Positions 44,708 to 53,440 of a stretch of 64,000 nt of DNA are shown here, piece by piece. Both the position numbers and the translations under genes were made by a program. Below the pieces are notes generated by a model. It was given only the letters and a program-made list of their open reading frames with translations. It ran no database searches and was not told the origin of the DNA. Within the stretch, counting starts at the first letter, position 1. Each line of letters starts with the position of its first letter. The DNA comes from Bacteroidales bacterium. Its GTDB lineage: Bacteria > Bacteroidota > Bacteroidia > Bacteroidales > UBA932. The DNA lies in NCBI GenBank assembly GCA_017450165.1, contig JAFSWO010000105.1, positions 13,131 through 77,130 on the forward strand. Reading direction: 5' to 3'.

Positions 44708-45646
44708 CTATCGGAGGACGAGGTCGGCGGTGCCGAGTTTGGTTTCCGTGGAGAAGACCTCTACGCGGTAGACACCCTTAGTGAAGGGTGCGCCGTCAAC
44801 CTTGGCGAAGTAGATACAGATCTCGATTTCCTCGCCCTGGTAATCCACCACGCGGGAAGCGGAGGCCATCATATCCTCGTCGCCACAGCGGAACGCTTTC
44901 TGCTGGTCGCTGGGCAGCTGTGCGCCTTCCGGTCCGAACACCTTTATATATATGGTGCGGTTGCCGCGTTCGGCGATGCTGTTCTCAATGAGGCTTAGGC
45001 AGGTCTTCAGTTTGACGGTACGGCTGCTGCGGTCCGTCTCCTTGTTGGAGGCGTTGATGGCCGTCAGTACCACGCCGCGTCCCTTGACCACAGCTCCGGC
45101 AGAAGCCTTAGCGGCATACTGCTCGGTGGTGGTAACCAGTTCTTCATACGCCTTCTTGCTTTCTGCTGCCTCCTTGCGGGCCTCGCTGGCCTCGTGGCGG
45201 AGCGCAACATTCAGCGTGTTAAGCGAATCTATCTGGTGGATGTATCCTTTCATGATGGTGCGCAGCGTGCCAAGTTCCTTCTCGTACTGACGCATTTTGG
45301 TGCGGTTGGTGGCTTCGGTTTTCTGGAGCCGTTCGATCAGTTGTCCGACCTTCTCTTTCTCCACCGCCAGGGAGTCGTTGATGGCTTTGTTGGTGGTATT
45401 CAGTGTCTCGTATTCGCCCTGAAGCTCAACCAGCTCGTTGGTCAGGTCGGCCTTTTCTCCATTCAGGTCGTGGACCAGTTTGGAGTTGTTGATCCACATC
45501 ACCAGCAGTACCACGAGCAGCGCAGCGGCAATCGCGCCCAGCACGATCACCAGCTTGCGCATCTGGTCGTTCTTCTCTGCTTTTTCCTTTTTATTGTAAC
45601 GCTGTTCAAATTCCAGCATCTCCTGGTCAAAATCTTCCTGTGCCAT
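44708..45646 (-). CDS. Membrane-anchored coiled-coil protein of unknown function
   Basis: It has an N-terminal acidic/basic segment, one TM helix (LVIVLGAIAAALLVVLLVMWI), a long heptad-like region and a beta-rich C-terminal domain. Confidence 0.75.
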   Translation of the reverse strand: MAQEDFDQEMLEFEQRYNKKEKAEKNDQMRKLVIVLGAIAAALLVVLLVMWINNSKLVHDLNGEKADLTNELVELQGEYETLNTTNKAINDSLAVEKEKVGQLIERLQKTEATNRTKMRQYEKELGTLRTIMKGYIHQIDSLNTLNVALRHEASEARKEAAESKKAYEELVTTTEQYAAKASAGAVVKGRGVVLTAINASNKETDRSSRTVKLKTCLSLIENSIAERGNRTIYIKVFGPEGAQLPSDQQKAFRCGDEDMMASASRVVDYQGEEIEICIYFAKVDGAPFTKGVYRVEVFSTETKLGTADLVLR

Positions 45647-45678
45647 AATCTTATGGGTTTTATTCTCCGCAAAAGTAC

Positions 45679-45686
45679 TAAATTTG
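45679..45686 (+). promoter_or_regulatory. Candidate -7 box (TAAATTTG)
   Basis: It lies 26 nt upstream of the ATG at 45712. Confidence 0.4.
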
Positions 45687-45711
45687 TGCCATAATCTATC
45701 CGAAAACGCTT

Positions 45712-46179
45712 ATGAGATATCTGATTCGCGCCCTTAAGTATCTGGTTTACTTCGTAGTATTGTTTTTCGTAATTGTCGGCATCATTTGGCTCATTACGCC
45801 CAAGACCGACGGAGGATTCTCGCTCTCTGCCATGTTCCAGCCCGGCGCGCTGCCCAAGATCGCCATTCTATTCCTGGTGATTGCAGCGGGGTATCCCTAC
45901 TTTGCCTTCACCAAGCGCAAGGTTTACCTGGGCGGCACCTTCGCCGAGAAACGCGACGTAATCCTCGCCTGTTTCGAGCAGTGGGGTTACGAAATCGAAA
46001 ATGAGGAGCCCCAGCAGATTTCCTTCCGACTCAAGAGCAAGACCGGCCGCTTCACCCGTATGTATGAAGACCGGATAGTGATTGAGACCCAGAATGAACC
46101 TATCGTGCTGAACGGCTATCGCCGCGATATCGACCGCATGGCGCGCAACATCAACTACAGTCTCTCGCAAAGCGAATAA
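45712..46179 (+). CDS. Small two-TM membrane protein of unknown function
   Basis: Two hydrophobic helices (YLVYFVVLFFVIVGIIWLI and IAILFLVIAAGYPYFAF) are followed by a soluble C-terminal domain. Confidence 0.7.
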   Translation: MRYLIRALKYLVYFVVLFFVIVGIIWLITPKTDGGFSLSAMFQPGALPKIAILFLVIAAGYPYFAFTKRKVYLGGTFAEKRDVILACFEQWGYEIENEEPQQISFRLKSKTGRFTRMYEDRIVIETQNEPIVLNGYRRDIDRMARNINYSLSQSE

Positions 46180-46185
46180 ACCGTC

Positions 46186-46752
46186 ATGAAAAAAGATCTC
46201 GTTATCGGGATTGATGTTGGCGGACAGACCGCCAAATGTGGCGTGGTGAATGCTGAAGGCAACATCCTTGCCCAAAGTGTAATCTGATCAAACGAGCACA
46301 CCGGCGCCGTAGAATTCTTGGACGCGCTGGCAGATGCGCTGCACGCACTGGTCACAGAGGCCGGCTCGGTGGGTACTGCCAAAACCGCGCAGGAGTGGCT
46401 GGCAGAAAGTGACGAACCCTCGCTGCTCCGCAGGGTTGACAAAATTACCTCGAAAGATATTTATGAAGCAGCTTGCCAGGGAGACGAACTGGCCATCCGG
46501 GTACTGACCTATACCGGAACGCTTCTGGGACAAAAACTGGGAGACGTCATCGCCTTCTCGGCACCTGAAGCCATCATCCTCTTTGGCGGTCTGGCACGCG
46601 CGCGCAAGTTTCTGGAAGAACCCATCCGCACCTCCATGAATGAAAACGTCGTATCCCTCTGGCGCAACAAAGTGAACCTTCTCTTCTCGCCGCTTAAGGA
46701 ATCCGACGCCGCCATTCTCGGCGCCGCCGCACTTGCCTGGGATGTGAAATAA
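46186..46752 (+). pseudogene. Decayed ROK-family glucokinase with an in-frame TGA and a large internal deletion
   Basis: MKKDLVIGIDVGGQTAKCGVVNAEGNILAQSVI is followed by a TGA at 46285..46287. The same frame continues SNEHTGAVEFLDALADALHALVTEAG, then jumps straight to the C-terminal ROK region (..EPSLLR..ITSKDIYEAACQGDELA..FSAPEAIILFGGLA..ESDAAILGAAALAWDVK). The whole frame holds about 189 codons, against the roughly 320 I expect for a ROK kinase. The central sugar/zinc-binding part is absent. Confidence 0.8.
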
Positions 46753-46756
46753 AAAG

Positions 46757-47068
46757 CTACGGCTCGAGGTAGCGGATTTCTTTGCCGTGACAGCGGGCGT
46801 ATTCAATCTCGGAGCGCGTGCTGGAACCGATGTATCCGCCCACATTCAGCACATAGATCGCGTCGGCCATATCGATCTTTCGCTTGTGCATATCGTCCAG
46901 CATTTCTTTGGTGCCCTCCGTCCAAACTTCGTTATCGCCGCTGTGACCAAAGAGGCCAACACTGATTACGATATTGCCCTCCAGCATCAGCCGTTTCTGC
47001 GCTTCCATGAAGGCATCTTTGAACTTCGTGCTCCCGCAGAGCGTGATAACCGGGTACTTTCCTACCAT
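46757..47068 (-). CDS. Small (103 aa) flavodoxin-like protein, possibly nucleoside 2-deoxyribosyltransferase-like
   Basis: The pattern is ITLCGSTKF...ADAIYVLNVGGYIGSSTRSEIEYARCHGKEIRY. The family assignment comes from memory of that pattern only. Confidence 0.6.
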   Translation of the reverse strand: MVGKYPVITLCGSTKFKDAFMEAQKRLMLEGNIVISVGLFGHSGDNEVWTEGTKEMLDDMHKRKIDMADAIYVLNVGGYIGSSTRSEIEYARCHGKEIRYLEP

Positions 47069-47131
47069 AATCTGTTATCAAAAATGTAACATTTTCCCAG
47101 AAGAGGGAGGTAACATTTTTAAAATTCTAAT

Positions 47132-48148
47132 CTACTCAAATACAGAGGGTGAGACCCCGTAGAAGGCCTTAAAGGCGGAGGAGAAATAGGCCGGAGATGC
47201 GAAGCCGCAAGCTGCTGCAACGGTGGCCATGTTCTTCTCGCCGGAACGAAGCATCGTAGCGGCCGCTTCCATTCTGCGGGCCTTGATCATATCGGAGGGA
47301 GAAGAGGCCGAAAGGGCCTTCAATTTGCGGGAAAGGTGGACTCTCGAGATGCCCAATTCGGCAGCAATCTGATCTACGGAAAAGTCTTTGTCGGTATAAT
47401 TCTTTTCGACAATCTCCCGAACTTTTGCCTCGAAATCCTGGACCTCAAACAGCGTCCCGGGGTGAGCAACAGCTCCGGGCTTGACCTCGGGCTGAGGCTG
47501 AGATTTAGGCTGCGGTTCGAGCTTGGTTTCAGGCTTGACGGCGAGTTGAGTCTGCGGTTCGGGCTTGGCTTCGGGCTGAGGTTCTGGCCGGATCTCAGGC
47601 TTTGCCGCAGAAGGAGTGCTGGCGTTTCGCCTGCGAAGGATAAAGTAAACGAGGGCACAAATGACCGCAATAAGGCAGACGATTACGAGAACCCAAGGCC
47701 AGGTAGCCGGCTTCTTGGGCTCATCTACGACCGGCTCTTCAGGTTCCGGAGCGGTCGTCTCGAAAAGCGCTTCCCGGACAGAAGCGGGTATATCGCTGCG
47801 CTGGACAAACCCTTCAAGCGTGGAATAAGTGAGCACGACATCGCGCGCGTCACGTATCCAAAGGAGGCCGTTTTCATCAAAGGCGAGGGCGATGATTGAG
47901 TCGCATTCGAGATGGCCTGTCAGGGTAGAATAGGTAAAAGAGCGGCCGGTAGCACCGATCCGGAGAAGGCCTTTAGATGCCGTTCCAACCCACAGGGAGC
48001 TATCTTTGGGGCTAATTATTGAAATTGTAACATCATTTGCGGGTGTTGCATTTTCGCAAATTGCGGCCGTCTGATCGACAAGACTCAAGACGAGGATGCA
48101 GGCGATAAGACGGAGGAGGGAAAGAGATTTTACTGCTGGTCTCCTCAT
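47132..48148 (-). CDS. Single-pass membrane AraC/XylS-family regulator with a periplasmic propeller-like fragment, a TM helix, a Pro/Glu/Lys-rich linker and an HTH
   Basis: The start is trimmed to MRRPAVKSLSLLRLIACILVLSL. It contains LWVGTASKGLLRIG and GLLWIRDARD (Reg_prop-like), a TM helix (WPWVLVIVCLIAVICALVYFIL) and a linker (KPEIRPEPQPEAKPEPQ..). The HTH is FSVDQIAAELGISRVHLSRKL...AAACGFASPAYFSSAFKAFYGVSP. Confidence 0.85.
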   Translation of the reverse strand: MRRPAVKSLSLLRLIACILVLSLVDQTAAICENATPANDVTISIISPKDSSLWVGTASKGLLRIGATGRSFTYSTLTGHLECDSIIALAFDENGLLWIRDARDVVLTYSTLEGFVQRSDIPASVREALFETTAPEPEEPVVDEPKKPATWPWVLVIVCLIAVICALVYFILRRRNASTPSAAKPEIRPEPQPEAKPEPQTQLAVKPETKLEPQPKSQPQPEVKPGAVAHPGTLFEVQDFEAKVREIVEKNYTDKDFSVDQIAAELGISRVHLSRKLKALSASSPSDMIKARRMEAAATMLRSGEKNMATVAAACGFASPAYFSSAFKAFYGVSPSVFE

Positions 48149-48162
48149 AATACAAGGGGTAT

Positions 48163-49257
48163 TTATTCTGCGGTCGCAGAAATATTCACGCAGCGGAGCG
48201 ATCGCATCGACGCGGCAATCAGACGACTCCAAGTCACGCCTCCATCCAGGGCTTCGAGCTGCTCCTTCTTTGAGGAGTCGGAGAGAGATGTATCGTCGAG
48301 GATGTGTAAGATGTCGTTCTTGTCCGGACCCAACCAGGAGGAAGCGACGACTTCTCGCAAGCCCGCCCAGTTTTCTTCACAAGTGCGCACAGTGATCCTG
48401 TCGACGCTCACTCCGAGTTCGACAAGTTTTCGTTTGACTGCTTCTGCCCTTCGTCGTGCCAGTGTCTTGTTCCATGAGACTTTACCTTCCGGTGAAGACA
48501 AGGCGTCGAGGACCACGACGGATTCCGGAGGCAACGACACTATCCAGAACTGAAGCGACTGAAGCTGGGAAGTGTTGTCGAGGTAATGGGAGAGTATCTC
48601 AGAATTGCCGGCCGCGAACTTGACGGAAATCCGTTCGCCGTGCGGGTTTTCAGCAGGTGCTGCTGAACTCGCTGAGATTTCAATATTAGTGGTATACTCT
48701 ACGTAGATTTCCGTTCGTCGAATTCTCGTGAAGCAATTCCACAGCAAATCATCCCACACAATCCCGCCCCAGAGGTCCTGTAGAAGGGATTCTTTGTCAT
48801 TTTTGCCGCTTTTCAGCAGTGTCAAAGTTTCGTCCTTCCATTGTTTATTACACGCGCGCACGTAAGCCTCTGTCGATGCCCAGTCTTCGGGGACGTCGCT
48901 TACTACAATCTGTGAATCAGTAAGGCCGGGCAGTTTCTCCTTCAGCAAGGAGACGATTGCCTCGGAGCGGCGGGCAGCGAGTTTGGTGTTCCAGGAAAGA
49001 GATCCCTCGGGCGAAGAGTAGGAGGTCACGTTGATCCGCGCGATGCGGCCTGCCTCAACGGATGAAGCGAGCACGTCAATCTCGGCGATAGCAGAAGCAT
49101 TCTCCCGATTCGAAAGGTCAAGCGCTGATTTACCGGCCTGCCATCTGAAGCTGCCACTCCAGTTGCCCGCGAACAAGCCCGCTCCCGGGAACAGCATTCC
49201 CAGAACAACCAGAACCGATATGATTACCTTTCGAGACATTGATTTTGAAACATTCAA
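48163..49257 (-). CDS. Secreted 2 x OmpA-like 'SPEG' module protein, a paralog of the N-terminal half of 38369..40330
   Basis: It contains INVTSYSSPEGSLSWNTKLAARRSEAIVSLL and VLDALSSPEGKVSWNKTLARRRAEAVKRKL, each followed by (E)(D/N)WA.. helical segments. An alternative start at 49239 (MSRKVII..) is suggested by a TACCTTTG box at 49255..49262. Confidence 0.8.
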   Translation of the reverse strand: MNVSKSMSRKVIISVLVVLGMLFPGAGLFAGNWSGSFRWQAGKSALDLSNRENASAIAEIDVLASSVEAGRIARINVTSYSSPEGSLSWNTKLAARRSEAIVSLLKEKLPGLTDSQIVVSDVPEDWASTEAYVRACNKQWKDETLTLLKSGKNDKESLLQDLWGGIVWDDLLWNCFTRIRRTEIYVEYTTNIEISASSAAPAENPHGERISVKFAAGNSEILSHYLDNTSQLQSLQFWIVSLPPESVVVLDALSSPEGKVSWNKTLARRRAEAVKRKLVELGVSVDRITVRTCEENWAGLREVVASSWLGPDKNDILHILDDTSLSDSSKKEQLEALDGGVTWSRLIAASMRSLRCVNISATAE

Positions 49258-49290
49258 AGGTAATCATTTCTAAAATATCTTGCAAGATTG

Positions 49291-50391
49291 TTATTCAGAA
49301 TATAAATGATCGATCACAATGCTCAGCGGATGATCCGGAACGGCCACGGAGAGCTGTTCGTACAGGTGCTGCAGGTAGGTGCGGTCGTCCGTGATGGAAT
49401 AATCCGGCACCACGTCCACCGAGATGCGCCCGTCCTCGTAGCAGTAGAAACCATGCACCTCCAGGATATGCTCTTCACGCGAAAGGGTCTCTACCACAAT
49501 GCGTTGCAGTTCAGCATTCGCGCTATTTCCGGATGCATTGGCATAAACTCCTACCGTCATCACGATCCCGTGATTGTCGTACATCATCTCTGCAATCTGC
49601 CGTGTGAGTCCGTGGATCTGGTGGGCCGTCATGGTATCCGGCACGGCGATATGCAGCGAACCGATCGTCAGGTTGGGACCGTAACCGTTCAAAATGATAT
49701 CATATACCCCCTGCACACCTTCCTGCGCCATGATTTCACTTTTGATTTTGCTCACGAGCTCCGCCGAAACGCGCGCTCCCAGCAGCTGGTTGATGGGAGA
49801 AGAGAGCATCTCCACGCCGGCCTTGATAATCACGACCGAGATCACCGCACCCAGATAACCATCGATAGAGACATTCCAGATGAGCATGATGCCCGCGGAA
49901 ACGAGCGTAGCCAGCGTGATGACTGCATCAAATAGTGCATCCGATCCGGAGGCCACCAGCGCATCGCTGTCCAGCTTTTTGCCCTGACGGCGCACGTACC
50001 ATCCCAGCAGGAGTTTGGCCACGATGGCCACGATGATCACGATGAGCGTAACCGTGGTGTACTCCGGCTCAACCGGGTTGATAATCTTCTTGACAGATTC
50101 AATGAGCGACGTGATACCCGTGGTGAGGACAATCGCGGCGATGATGATAGCCGTGAGGTACTCTACTCGACCATGGCCGAAGGGATGCTTGTGGTCCGCC
50201 GGGCGCACGGAGAGCTTGGTGCCGATGATGGTAATCACGCTGGAGAGCGCGTCGCTCAGGTTGTTGACGGCATCCAGCACGATGGCCACCGAATGTGCCA
50301 GCAGACCCACAAGTGCCTTAAATCCAGCAAGAAAGACGTTGGCGATAATACCCACCACGCTGGTTCGGATGATTTGTTTGGTACGGTTCAT
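49291..50391 (-). CDS. Cation diffusion facilitator (CDF) family metal efflux transporter
   Basis: It has six TM helices, LLAHSVAIVLDAVNNLSDALSS, FGHGRVEYL and a C-terminal cytoplasmic domain. Confidence 0.9.
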   Translation of the reverse strand: MNRTKQIIRTSVVGIIANVFLAGFKALVGLLAHSVAIVLDAVNNLSDALSSVITIIGTKLSVRPADHKHPFGHGRVEYLTAIIIAAIVLTTGITSLIESVKKIINPVEPEYTTVTLIVIIVAIVAKLLLGWYVRRQGKKLDSDALVASGSDALFDAVITLATLVSAGIMLIWNVSIDGYLGAVISVVIIKAGVEMLSSPINQLLGARVSAELVSKIKSEIMAQEGVQGVYDIILNGYGPNLTIGSLHIAVPDTMTAHQIHGLTRQIAEMMYDNHGIVMTVGVYANASGNSANAELQRIVVETLSREEHILEVHGFYCYEDGRISVDVVPDYSITDDRTYLQHLYEQLSVAVPDHPLSIVIDHLYSE

Positions 50392-50397
50392 AGTGTG

Positions 50398-50841
50398 TTA
50401 TTCCTTGTTACTCAGCTTGTTGATGATATCATCCAGGTTGCGGTACAACTCCGGGAGAGTGGCGGGAGTGACGCTCTCGCATAGCACGGAGCGGCCCACG
50501 GTTTCCGGCACCCCGGAGAGTTGTTTCTGGAGTTTCTTGCCCTGCGGGGTGAGCGAGACAATCATTTGTCGCGCGTCGGTCTCCCCCTTCCTGCGAAGCA
50601 ACAACCCGGCCTTTTCCATCCGCTGCAGAAGCGGCGTGATGGTGTTGGTTTCCAGCTTCAACCGCTTTGCGATGTCATTCACCGGCTGGGCATCCTGCTC
50701 CCAGAGCACCAGCAGTACCAGGTATTGCGGGTAGGTCAAACCGTGCCCCGAGAGCAATGGATGATAAGCCTGCGTGATGAGGCGCGAAGCCGTGTAGAGC
50801 CTGAAGCAGAGCTGATTATTCAGCCTGAATTGCTCTTTCAT
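50398..50841 (-). CDS. ohrR: MarR-family regulator of the OhrR type
   Basis: It contains LNNQLCFRLYTASR (conserved sensing Cys), LTYPQYLVLLVLWE and a winged HTH. Its start overlaps the gpx stop (TAATG). Confidence 0.85.
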   Translation of the reverse strand: MKEQFRLNNQLCFRLYTASRLITQAYHPLLSGHGLTYPQYLVLLVLWEQDAQPVNDIAKRLKLETNTITPLLQRMEKAGLLLRRKGETDARQMIVSLTPQGKKLQKQLSGVPETVGRSVLCESVTPATLPELYRNLDDIINKLSNKE

Positions 50842-51491
50842 TACAGCATCTCCTCGATATCCTTTTCAATCTGGTCGGGCGTCGTAGTGGGGGCGTAACG
50901 CAGGACGTGGGCGCCGTCGCGGCTGATCAGGAACTTGGTGAAGTTCCACTTGATGTCGCTGTCCTTCTTGACGCTCTTGCTGATGGTCTTGAACATCTTG
51001 GCAGCGGCTTTTGCCTTCAGGCCGTTGTACTCCTCGGTGGGAGCCTGGGTCTTGAGATACTCGAAGATGGGCTCGGCATTGTCACCGTTGACGTCGGTCT
51101 TGGCCATCAGCGGGAAAGTGACGCCATGGTTCAGGCGGCAGAATTCAGCGATCTCCTCGTTGCTGCCCGGCTCCTGATGTGCAAACTGGTCGCAAGGGAA
51201 GCCGATAATGACCAAACCTTGATCCTTATACTTCTGATAAAGGGCCTCGAGGCCATCGTACTGCGGGGTGAAACCACACTTGGAAGCGGTGTTGACAATC
51301 ATCAGGATTTTGCCTTCATACTGAGCAAAATCAACTTCCTGACCTCTGTTGTTCAGGGCTTTGAAATCGTAAATCTTTGACATGGTAGTATTGTTTTTTG
51401 ATTTGTTGTCGGTTTGGGAGGAGGGGGTCTGCGCTGCGACGGGCATGACCATGAGGGCTGCCAGGGCCGCGATTAAAATGTTCTTTTTCAT
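50841..51491 (-). CDS. Glutathione peroxidase family protein, secreted form
   Basis: A signal peptide is followed by IYDFKA..LMIVNTASKCGFTPQY..LVIIGFPCDQFAHQEPG and WNFTKFLI. Confidence 0.92.
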   Translation of the reverse strand: MKKNILIAALAALMVMPVAAQTPSSQTDNKSKNNTTMSKIYDFKALNNRGQEVDFAQYEGKILMIVNTASKCGFTPQYDGLEALYQKYKDQGLVIIGFPCDQFAHQEPGSNEEIAEFCRLNHGVTFPLMAKTDVNGDNAEPIFEYLKTQAPTEEYNGLKAKAAAKMFKTISKSVKKDSDIKWNFTKFLISRDGAHVLRYAPTTTPDQIEKDIEEML

Positions 51492-51523
51492 TCGATTATG
51501 ACGTAATTAAGTGGTTCGCACGG

Positions 51524-51584
51524 ACGATATTTATATCGTTCACGATGCAAATATACAACTTAATTTTTATATCGCAAGCGATAT
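51524..51584. promoter_or_regulatory. Two palindromic operator candidates bracketing a -7 box upstream of gpx-ohrR-CDF
   Basis: P1 is acgatat-tt-atatcgt (51524..51539). P2 is atatcgc-aa-gcgatat (51569..51584). Both use CGATAT/ATATCG half-sites. Between them caaatata (51548..51555) is TATATTTG on the minus strand, 57 nt upstream of the gpx ATG. Confidence 0.55.
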
Positions 51585-51594
51585 TTTAATTTTT

Positions 51595-52758
51595 TTACAG
51601 ACTTTCGCGAATAATATCGGCGATATCGGACTCGGAGAGAGGAACGTAAGCCTCGTCGAGCCCCTCATTTACTGCGATGTGGTGAGCCATCTCCTCCACG
51701 CGACGTTCGTCAATACCAAGCTCGCGCAGATGCATCGGGATACCGATACTCTGGAAGAAGGCATAGGTGGCATCGATCGCGCGCTGCGCAATCTCGGGTG
51801 CCGGCAGTTTCGGATCGATTCCAAACACATTGATACCATATTTAACGAACCGCGGCAGGGTCCGCTCGCTCAGAATCTTCTTCATCCAGCGCGGGGTAAT
51901 AATGGCCAGACCCCAGCCGTGGGTGATGTCGTAATAGGCGCTCAAGGCATGCTCGATGGCATGGCAGGGCCAGCCGGAAGGGCTGTTACCCAGCGCTAAA
52001 ATACCGTTGCAACCGTATGTGCAGCAGAGCATCATCTCTGCGCGAGCCGTGTAATCTTCCGGATTCTCCAGACACTTGCGGCCGTTCTTCATCAGGCTGC
52101 GGAGCATCGATTCGCAGAATCCGTCGTTCAGCAGGGTCGTATCTTCCGTAAAATACTGCTCGATCGTGTGGTTCATGGCATCCGCAATGCCGGCTGCGGT
52201 CTGGCCCTTCGAGACTGTGAAGGTATATTCCGGATCCAGGAAGGAGACAGCCGGGTAGAGCAGGCGATCCTGATAGCCGATCTTGTCGTTGGTTTCGGTA
52301 CGCGAGATCACGCCACCCGCATCGTATTCGCTGCCGGTGGCTGCGAGGGTGAGTATATCCACGATGGGCAGCGCGGCCTTCGCCTTTACCTTATAGGTGA
52401 TGAGGTCCCACGGATCGCCGTCGTAGCAGGCGCCCGCCGCGATGGCCTTGGAGCAGTCCAGCACGCTGCCGCCACCCACCGAGAGAATCACGTCCACGCC
52501 GTTCTCCTTGCAGAGCCGCACGCCTTCCAGCACGCTGGGATCATACTTCGGGTTGGGCTGGATGCCGGGCAGTTCAATGATCTCCTTGTCGGGCAGCAGG
52601 GCCAACACCTTCTGGTAGAGTCCAATCTTTTTGATGCTGCCGCCACCATAGGTCAGGAGCACTTTCTTGCCGAATCGCGCCATCACGCGGGGGAGTTTTG
52701 CAATCGCGCCCTTGCCAAAAATCAAGCGCGTCGGGGTCTGATAATCAAAGTTTTGCAT
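51595..52758 (-). CDS. Iron-containing (group III) alcohol dehydrogenase, YqhD/butanol dehydrogenase-like
   Basis: It is 387 aa and contains VLLTYGGGSIKK, ILSVGGGSVLDCSKAIA and the conserved His cluster HAIEHALSAYYDITHG. Confidence 0.92.
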   Translation of the reverse strand: MQNFDYQTPTRLIFGKGAIAKLPRVMARFGKKVLLTYGGGSIKKIGLYQKVLALLPDKEIIELPGIQPNPKYDPSVLEGVRLCKENGVDVILSVGGGSVLDCSKAIAAGACYDGDPWDLITYKVKAKAALPIVDILTLAATGSEYDAGGVISRTETNDKIGYQDRLLYPAVSFLDPEYTFTVSKGQTAAGIADAMNHTIEQYFTEDTTLLNDGFCESMLRSLMKNGRKCLENPEDYTARAEMMLCCTYGCNGILALGNSPSGWPCHAIEHALSAYYDITHGWGLAIITPRWMKKILSERTLPRFVKYGINVFGIDPKLPAPEIAQRAIDATYAFFQSIGIPMHLRELGIDERRVEEMAHHIAVNEGLDEAYVPLSESDIADIIRESL

Positions 52759-52770
52759 GGAGTATTGTGT

Positions 52771-53385
52771 TTAATTATTTACATGTGATGCGGCCGCGGT
52801 GAGGGCGTCGTAAAAGTCGGAACCATAGGCGGCGGTCAGGGGTTCGCGGAGGAACTCGTAGACACGGATGCCCTCGCGGCGGCCCTTCTCAAAGGCGCAC
52901 CGGCAGATGTCCCAGCGGTGCAGGTTGAGCGCCGTCATGCCGTTCGAGAGTTGGGACGCACGGATGGGATAGAGCCGGCAGGAGATGGGTTTCACGAAGC
53001 GGCACCGGCCCGCGATGTGCGCACGCTCGATCGCGCAGAAGCAGGCCCCTTCCTCGAAGCGAGTATAAACGCATTCTTCGGAGTGGCCCAGGAGGGGTGT
53101 GACGCAGTCGCCGTCGCGGTCAATCTCGAAGAAACCTACTTCCGCCACGCGTGCCCGGGCGGCGGGGGCCATCAGCGGAGCATACGCATCGTATTCACGC
53201 TCAAGCGCTTCCGCCTCTGATTCGGTGAGCGGTGCGCCACTGTCGCCATACACGCAGCAGACCCCGCGACACGTTTCATAATCACACGCGAAGTACTCCG
53301 TGACAATCTCCGAGGAGACCAGTATGTCTCCGATTTGAAGGATGGCGGATTCCATAAACGGCATATCTTTTGCAAAATTAAACAT
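52771..53385 (-). CDS. DUF3109 family Cys-rich protein
   Basis: It contains CDYETCRGVCCVYGDSGAPL, GDCVTPLL..EECVY, CFCAIERA and ISCRLYPIR. Alternative starts lie at 53364 and 53355. Confidence 0.75.
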   Translation of the reverse strand: MFNFAKDMPFMESAILQIGDILVSSEIVTEYFACDYETCRGVCCVYGDSGAPLTESEAEALEREYDAYAPLMAPAARARVAEVGFFEIDRDGDCVTPLLGHSEECVYTRFEEGACFCAIERAHIAGRCRFVKPISCRLYPIRASQLSNGMTALNLHRWDICRCAFEKGRREGIRVYEFLREPLTAAYGSDFYDALTAAASHVNN

Positions 53386-53392
53386 TAGTAAC

Positions 53393-53400
53393 TAATTTTG
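53393..53400 (+). promoter_or_regulatory. Candidate -7 box (TAATTTTG)
   Basis: It lies 41 nt upstream of the ATG at 53441. Confidence 0.4.
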
Positions 53401-53440
53401 GAGGTTGAAAAACCGACAAAACGATTTAAAAAGCGATAAC

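Noticed and set aside
44229-44781. Plus-strand ORFs across the hemW insertion and the tandem repeat (44229..44564, 44350..44781, 44565..44771).
   Set aside because: They are translations of repeat DNA, rich in Gly/Arg/Pro, and lie opposite or adjacent to a well-supported hemW frame. They have no start context and no motifs.
46285-46287. The TGA in the ROK gene read as selenocysteine or programmed read-through.
   Set aside because: The position corresponds to an ordinary, non-catalytic residue in the ROK N-terminal domain. I noticed no SECIS-like hairpin immediately downstream. The gene also lacks its central third, so decay is the simpler explanation.
47086-47119. The direct repeat gtaacatttt x2 (47086..47095 and 47110..47119) upstream of the 103-aa gene, considered as a regulatory site or promoter.
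   Set aside because: Only 10 bp are shared and they are AT-rich. The nearest -7-like sequence (TACATTTTTG) has non-canonical spacing. The evidence is too weak to call.
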